This document shows positions 27,920-32,000 of a DNA stretch of 32,000 nucleotides, piece by piece. The position numbers were made by a program, and so were the translations under genes. Origin of the DNA: Alphaproteobacteria bacterium LSUCC0684 (lineage in GTDB: Bacteria > Pseudomonadota > Alphaproteobacteria > Puniceispirillales > UBA1172); contig CP166130.1 of NCBI GenBank assembly GCA_041228335.1, positions 674,638-706,637 on the forward strand. Reading direction: 5' to 3'. The notes beneath the pieces were generated by a model that saw only the letters and a program-made list of their open reading frames with translations, made no database searches and was not told where the DNA came from. Positions within the stretch are counted from its first letter, which is position 1, and the number at the start of each line of letters is the position of its first letter.

Positions 27920-28848
27920 TGGCGACACCGGGTTTCGATACTTTTCTCGGGATAGACTGGTCTGGTGCCCGGGGGGAATATCATCGCGGGATACAGGTGG
28001 CGCTGGCAGCACCTGGCCATGCCTGCCCCGAGATTCTGTCGCCGCCTGCACGAACTGGCTGGTCCCGGGCCGATATCCTGACGCTGCTGCTCGATTTCAA
28101 GAAGGAGGGCAGATCGGTTCTTGCCGGTATTGACTTTGCTTTTGTCCATCCGATGTCGGAGGATGGAGGGTATTTCCCGGCATATCCGGCTTCACCGAAA
28201 ACACCTGAAGAGCTGTGGCAGGTGGTGGAGCACGCGTCGGCGGATGAAGCTCATCTCTATGGCGGGGGGATCTGGGGGCATCCGGAGCTGCGCCGGTTCT
28301 ATAATGCGCCAAGGCGCCGGGATGGACGAGGCGGACGTGGCGAGTTGTTTTCATCCCGCCGCCGGATGACCGAGATCATGGCGGCACGGGTGAATGGCAG
28401 ATCGCCATCCCCGACGTTCAATTGCGTCGGCCCGGCAGGTGTTGGTACCGGCTCGCTTGCTGGCATGAGGTTGCTGCACCGGCTCAAGCGGCAGGCGTGG
28501 ATCTGGCCAATCCTGCCGGCAGTGCAAAAAGATGGTGCCGGGCAGCTGGCGGTGGTTGAAATCTTCCCGTCGCTTTATTTTTCCATGGCCGGCATTACCG
28601 ACAGGATGAAGCGTGATGCCCCGCTTTCTGCGTTGAACAGGGCACTTGCCTTCTATCAGGCCGAACCTGCAAGGTCACTTGCCGAAAAACTGCCGGATCA
28701 GGACGACAGCGACGCGATGATTTCAGCCGCGGCATTGCGTGACCGACACTGCCCGGATCAGATCTTCCCGATTGAAGCGCCGGCGCGCGCGAGCGCCGCT
28801 CAAGAAGGCTGGATATTCGGCGTTGGCTACGCTAGACAGGACCAATGA
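27919..28848 (+). CDS. Uncharacterised protein; possible RNase-H-fold (DUF429-like) nuclease
   Basis: 309-aa ORF. Its ATG shares one nt with the rarA stop (TGATG) and its TGA overlaps the crcB ATG (ATGA). Acidic motifs occur in the order expected for an RNase-H-like fold: FLGIDWSGA near the N-terminus, AVVEIFPS mid-protein, DQDDSDAMISAAAL near the C-terminus, and a terminal EGWIFG. The functional call is motif-level inference only. Confidence 0.6.
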   Translation: MATPGFDTFLGIDWSGARGEYHRGIQVALAAPGHACPEILSPPARTGWSRADILTLLLDFKKEGRSVLAGIDFAFVHPMSEDGGYFPAYPASPKTPEELWQVVEHASADEAHLYGGGIWGHPELRRFYNAPRRRDGRGGRGELFSSRRRMTEIMAARVNGRSPSPTFNCVGPAGVGTGSLAGMRLLHRLKRQAWIWPILPAVQKDGAGQLAVVEIFPSLYFSMAGITDRMKRDAPLSALNRALAFYQAEPARSLAEKLPDQDDSDAMISAAALRDRHCPDQIFPIEAPARASAAQEGWIFGVGYARQDQ

Positions 28849-29237
28849 TAACGGTGCTGTTCATTGCTGCAGGTGGTGCATTGGGGGCGGTCAGCCGCTA
28901 CGCCATATCTCTTGTGGTTGTCGCGATGCTGGGGGCATACTGGCAGCCGCTGGCAACCCTGATGGTCAACGTCGTCGGGTCCGGGTTGATGGGCCTTGCC
29001 TATGGCATGATCAGCGCAGGCATGCTTTATCTGAGTGAACCTTTGCGCGGGATGATTCTGATCGGTTTTCTTGGTGCGCTGACAACGTTTTCTTCCTTCT
29101 CGCTTGATATTGCGGTCATGATTGACCGCGGGCAGGTGAGTATGGCCGGATTCTATCTGATCGGCTCGGTGCTGTTGTCGGTTGCTGCATTTGCGATGGC
29201 AGCGGGAGCTGTGCGCCTGATGGCCGGGGGGCAGTAA
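28845..29237 (+). CDS. crcB: Fluoride ion channel CrcB/Fluc
   Basis: 130-aa four-TM ORF with family motifs GGALGAVSRY, NVVGSGLMG and GFLGALTTFSSF. Confidence 0.93.
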   Translation: MITVLFIAAGGALGAVSRYAISLVVVAMLGAYWQPLATLMVNVVGSGLMGLAYGMISAGMLYLSEPLRGMILIGFLGALTTFSSFSLDIAVMIDRGQVSMAGFYLIGSVLLSVAAFAMAAGAVRLMAGGQ

Positions 29238-29238
29238 G

Positions 29239-30213
29239 GTGAAGACGCGCAACTATATCATTTCAGGTGATGACGACGGCACAAGGCTGGATCGGTTTAT
29301 CCGCCGCCATCATGCGGGCATCAATCAGGGGCGGATTGAAAAGCTTCTTCGCAACGGGGCGATCCGGGTCGATGGCGCCAAAGCGAAATCTTCCACCCGG
29401 ATTGCTGAAGGACAGACAGTCATCATGCCGGATCAGATTATGGTAGAGGAAAGCAGGCCGAAGGCGGCCAAGTCTAATGATCCGGCACTCGCAAGAGAGA
29501 TCCGCGAGGCTGAGATTGGCCGGGGCGAAGGCTGGATTGCCATCAACAAGCCCTCTGGTCTTGCAACACAAGGCGGGGCTGGCACCCATCGCCATGTGGA
29601 TGGGGTGCTTGAGGACGCCTTTCCGGGCGGCGAACGGCCGAGGCTGGTGCACCGGCTTGACCGGGATACATCAGGTATTCTCCTGGTGGCGACAACGCTT
29701 CCCGCATCCCGGGCACTGGCCATGGGTTTCCAGCAGCATCGGCATCAGAAAACCTATCTTGCGCTGGTGCTTGGTGTGCCGAAGATTCGTGCAGGTCTGA
29801 TCGATGCACCGCTGGCAAAGCTTGGCGGGCCAGGGCATGAAAAAATGGCGGTGGACGAGGCGAAGGGCAAATCCGCCCGGACGATTTACCGGGTGCTGGA
29901 AACCATGGGGCGGGCGGCAAGCCTTGTCGCCATGCAGCCCTTGACGGGGCGGACGCATCAGCTGCGGGCGCATATGGCCTATCTTGGCCATCCGATCCTC
30001 GGTGATGGGAAATATGGCGGCAGCGAGGCTTTCCCCAACGAAGATATCAGGCGTCTTTGCCTGCACGCCGCCCATCTCGTGCTTGAAAGCGGGGAGACCG
30101 TCTCCGCACCCATCCCCGGTGATCTGGCCAAGGCGTTCAGGGTTTTCGGGCTGGGTACGGCCTCGGCGCTCCATGCGGCTGCCGATCCGTCCCTTTTTGA
30201 GGAGATGAGATAA
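29239..30213 (+). CDS. RluA-superfamily (RluC/RluD-like) rRNA pseudouridine synthase with an N-terminal S4-like domain
   Basis: GTG start 1 nt after the crcB stop. Carries the catalytic motif HRLDRDTSGILLVA, the downstream GRTHQLRAHMAYLGHPILGDGKYG, and the N-terminal RLDRFIRRH...LLRNGAIRVDG. Confidence 0.9.
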   Translation: MKTRNYIISGDDDGTRLDRFIRRHHAGINQGRIEKLLRNGAIRVDGAKAKSSTRIAEGQTVIMPDQIMVEESRPKAAKSNDPALAREIREAEIGRGEGWIAINKPSGLATQGGAGTHRHVDGVLEDAFPGGERPRLVHRLDRDTSGILLVATTLPASRALAMGFQQHRHQKTYLALVLGVPKIRAGLIDAPLAKLGGPGHEKMAVDEAKGKSARTIYRVLETMGRAASLVAMQPLTGRTHQLRAHMAYLGHPILGDGKYGGSEAFPNEDIRRLCLHAAHLVLESGETVSAPIPGDLAKAFRVFGLGTASALHAAADPSLFEEMR

Positions 30214-30918
30214 ATGAAAGCGGCAGCCAGACGTTTCTGGAAAGAGGTTGATATCAGTTCAGGCGCCGGAGGATATGCGGTCCTGCTGGATAACCGGCCG
30301 GTCAAAACCCCTTCGGGTGCGGCATTTCTGATACCGCGGCAGGAACTGGCGGAAGAAATTTCAAAGGAATGGGACGCGCAGGATGAGGTGATTGCTCCTG
30401 ATACGATGCCGATGTTCAAATTCGCGGTCACGGCCATTGATCGTGTCACGCCGCAACGGCAGGCGGTGGTCGATGAAATCAGCGGGTATGGGGCAAGCGA
30501 TCTTCTGTGCTACCGCGAGGCAAGCGACGCTGTTTTAAGGGCGCGCCAGGATGAAATCTGGCAGCCCTTTCTCAACTGGTTTGCCGCAACAAGGGGAATT
30601 GAGCTTGTGGTGGCTCACGGCATCATGCCGCAAGCCCAGTCACCATCTGCAAGGGAGCGGATGCGGGCTCTTGTCGCGGATAAGGATGACTTCGCGCTTT
30701 CGGGCCTGCATTGCCTTGTCACGGTGAGCGGATCGCTGGTCCTGGGGTTGGCCGTTGCCGACGGCATGACGAGCGCGAAGGAGGTTTCCGGTGCGGCATT
30801 TCTTGATGATTTGTGGCAACAGGAAAAATGGGGTTATGATGCGGAAGCCGATGGGCGAATCAAAACGCACCAGGCCCTGATAGAAGATGCTGAGCGGTAT
30901 TTGAAACTGCTCACCTAA
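30214..30918 (+). CDS. ATP12-family chaperone (F1-ATPase assembly factor 2-like)
   Basis: 234-aa ORF starting immediately after the preceding TAA. RFWKEVDIS..GGYAVLLDNRPVKTPSGAAFLIPRQELAEEISKEWDAQ is the characteristic ATP12 N-terminal pattern. Confidence 0.85.
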   Translation: MKAAARRFWKEVDISSGAGGYAVLLDNRPVKTPSGAAFLIPRQELAEEISKEWDAQDEVIAPDTMPMFKFAVTAIDRVTPQRQAVVDEISGYGASDLLCYREASDAVLRARQDEIWQPFLNWFAATRGIELVVAHGIMPQAQSPSARERMRALVADKDDFALSGLHCLVTVSGSLVLGLAVADGMTSAKEVSGAAFLDDLWQQEKWGYDAEADGRIKTHQALIEDAERYLKLLT

Positions 30919-30936
30919 CGAGGTGGAGGAAACGGG

Positions 30937-32000
30937 ATGACCGGCATTATCGAACAGCTTGAAGAGCGGCGCCAGCGGGCCCGGATGGGGGGAGGCGAAC
31001 GCCGGATAGAAACCCAGCATTCCAAGGGCAAGCTTACCTCGCGTGAACGGATTGACCTGCTTCTCGACGACGGCAGTTTTGAAGAATGGGACATGTTCGT
31101 TGAGCATCGCTGCCATGATTTCGGCATGGAAAAGAACACGATTCCCGGTGATGGTGTCGTCACGGGGTTTGGCCGGATCAATGGCAGATCGGTTTTTGTC
31201 TTCAGTCAGGATTTCACGGTGCTGGGCGGGTCTCTTTCGGAAACCCACGCAGAGAAGATCTGCAAGATCATGGATCAGGCGATGAAGACAGGCGTTCCGG
31301 TGATCGGCCTTAACGATAGTGGCGGCGCGCGTATTCAGGAAGGGGTGGCATCGCTCGGGGGGTATGCCGAAGTGTTTCAGCGCAACGCGCTTGCATCCGG
31401 CGTGGTGCCGCAGATCTCGCTGGTCATGGGGCCATGCGCGGGCGGGGCTGTCTACTCGCCGGCAATTACCGATTTCATCTTCATGGTGGAAGGGTCTTCC
31501 TATATGTACGTGACCGGACCTGATGTGGTGAAAACCGTGACGCACGAAACCGTCTCCCACGAAGACCTGGGCGGGGCGGGCACGCATACAGGCACGTCGG
31601 GTGTGGCGCATAAATCCTACCCCAATGATGTGGCGGCGATCATGGGGGTGCGGGCGCTCATGGCGTATCTGCCGCAGTCAAATCGTGACCGGGCGCCTAG
31701 GCTTGCGACCCGTGATGTCGCGGACCGGCCCGCGCCGGCGCTTGACCGCATCATTCCAGCCAATCCCAACGCACCCTATGACATGAAGGACATCATCAGC
31801 CATATTGTCGATGAAGACAGTTTTTTTGAAATTCACCCGGATTTTGCGGCTAATATCATCACCGGCTTTGCCCATATCGATGGCAGGTCTGTTGCGATCA
31901 TCGCCAATCAGCCGATGGTGCTGGCAGGGTGTCTTGATATCAATTCCTCACGCAAGGCGGCACGGTTTGTCCGTTTTGCGGATGCCTTCAATATTCCGAT
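30937..32000 (+). CDS. pccB: Propionyl-CoA carboxylase beta subunit / acyl-CoA carboxyltransferase (3' end beyond the window)
   Basis: Absent from the ORF track because it runs off the window. My own translation from the ATG at 30937 (GGAGGA 6 nt upstream) gives [54 protein letters not shown]...[29 protein letters not shown]...[24 protein letters not shown]...[39 protein letters not shown]... The frame is open to nt 32000. Confidence 0.92.
   Translation, partial: MTGIIEQLEERRQRARMGGGERRIETQHSKGKLTSRERIDLLLDDGSFEEWDMFVEHRCHDFGMEKNTIPGDGVVTGFGRINGRSVFVFSQDFTVLGGSLSETHAEKICKIMDQAMKTGVPVIGLNDSGGARIQEGVASLGGYAEVFQRNALASGVVPQISLVMGPCAGGAVYSPAITDFIFMVEGSSYMYVTGPDVVKTVTHETVSHEDLGGAGTHTGTSGVAHKSYPNDVAAIMGVRALMAYLPQSNRDRAPRLATRDVADRPAPALDRIIPANPNAPYDMKDIISHIVDEDSFFEIHPDFAANIITGFAHIDGRSVAIIANQPMVLAGCLDINSSRKAARFVRFADAFNIP

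Noticed and set aside
30640-31611. 323-aa antisense ORF over the end of the ATP12 gene and pccB
   Set aside because: It is the codon-aligned antisense of the clearly coding pccB frame, whose translation gives canonical carboxyltransferase motifs. It is an artefact.

Overview
All supported genes lie on the + strand. The window is the conserved transcription/translation cluster of an alphaproteobacterium-like genome, judged from gene order and protein sequences. It contains rpoB (5'-truncated by the window edge) and rpoC, then a 290-nt intergenic region. Next come the str genes (rpsL-rpsG-fusA-tuf), a terminator-like hairpin, and the S10 and spc blocks (rpsJ through rplO, secY, adk) with almost no intergenic space. 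A near-consensus promoter follows, then rpsM-rpsK-rpoA-rplQ and a clean intrinsic terminator. rpmJ, infA and rpsD are absent from the cluster and adk follows secY, which is usual for this lineage. The last ~5.4 kb is a tightly packed string of unrelated genes: rarA, a 309-aa uncharacterised ORF, crcB, an RluC/RluD-like pseudouridine synthase, an ATP12-family protein, and the 5' part of a propionyl-CoA carboxylase beta subunit gene running off the window. I found no tRNA or rRNA genes, CRISPR arrays, transposases, integrases or recognisable defence systems. I do not see a convincing novel multi-gene system. The observations most worth a second look are: (1) a strong NCG/NNG synonymous-codon bias confined to tuf; (2) the uncharacterised ORF whose start and stop overlap rarA and crcB and which has RNase-H-fold-like acidic motifs; (3) a terminator-like hairpin 24 nt upstream of rpsJ with no room for a promoter; (4) a ~65-residue acidic repeat tail on ribosomal protein L3; (5) a perfect 10-bp palindrome over a candidate promoter upstream of rpsL. 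Functional calls come from recognising the translated ORFs by eye; no database search was possible.
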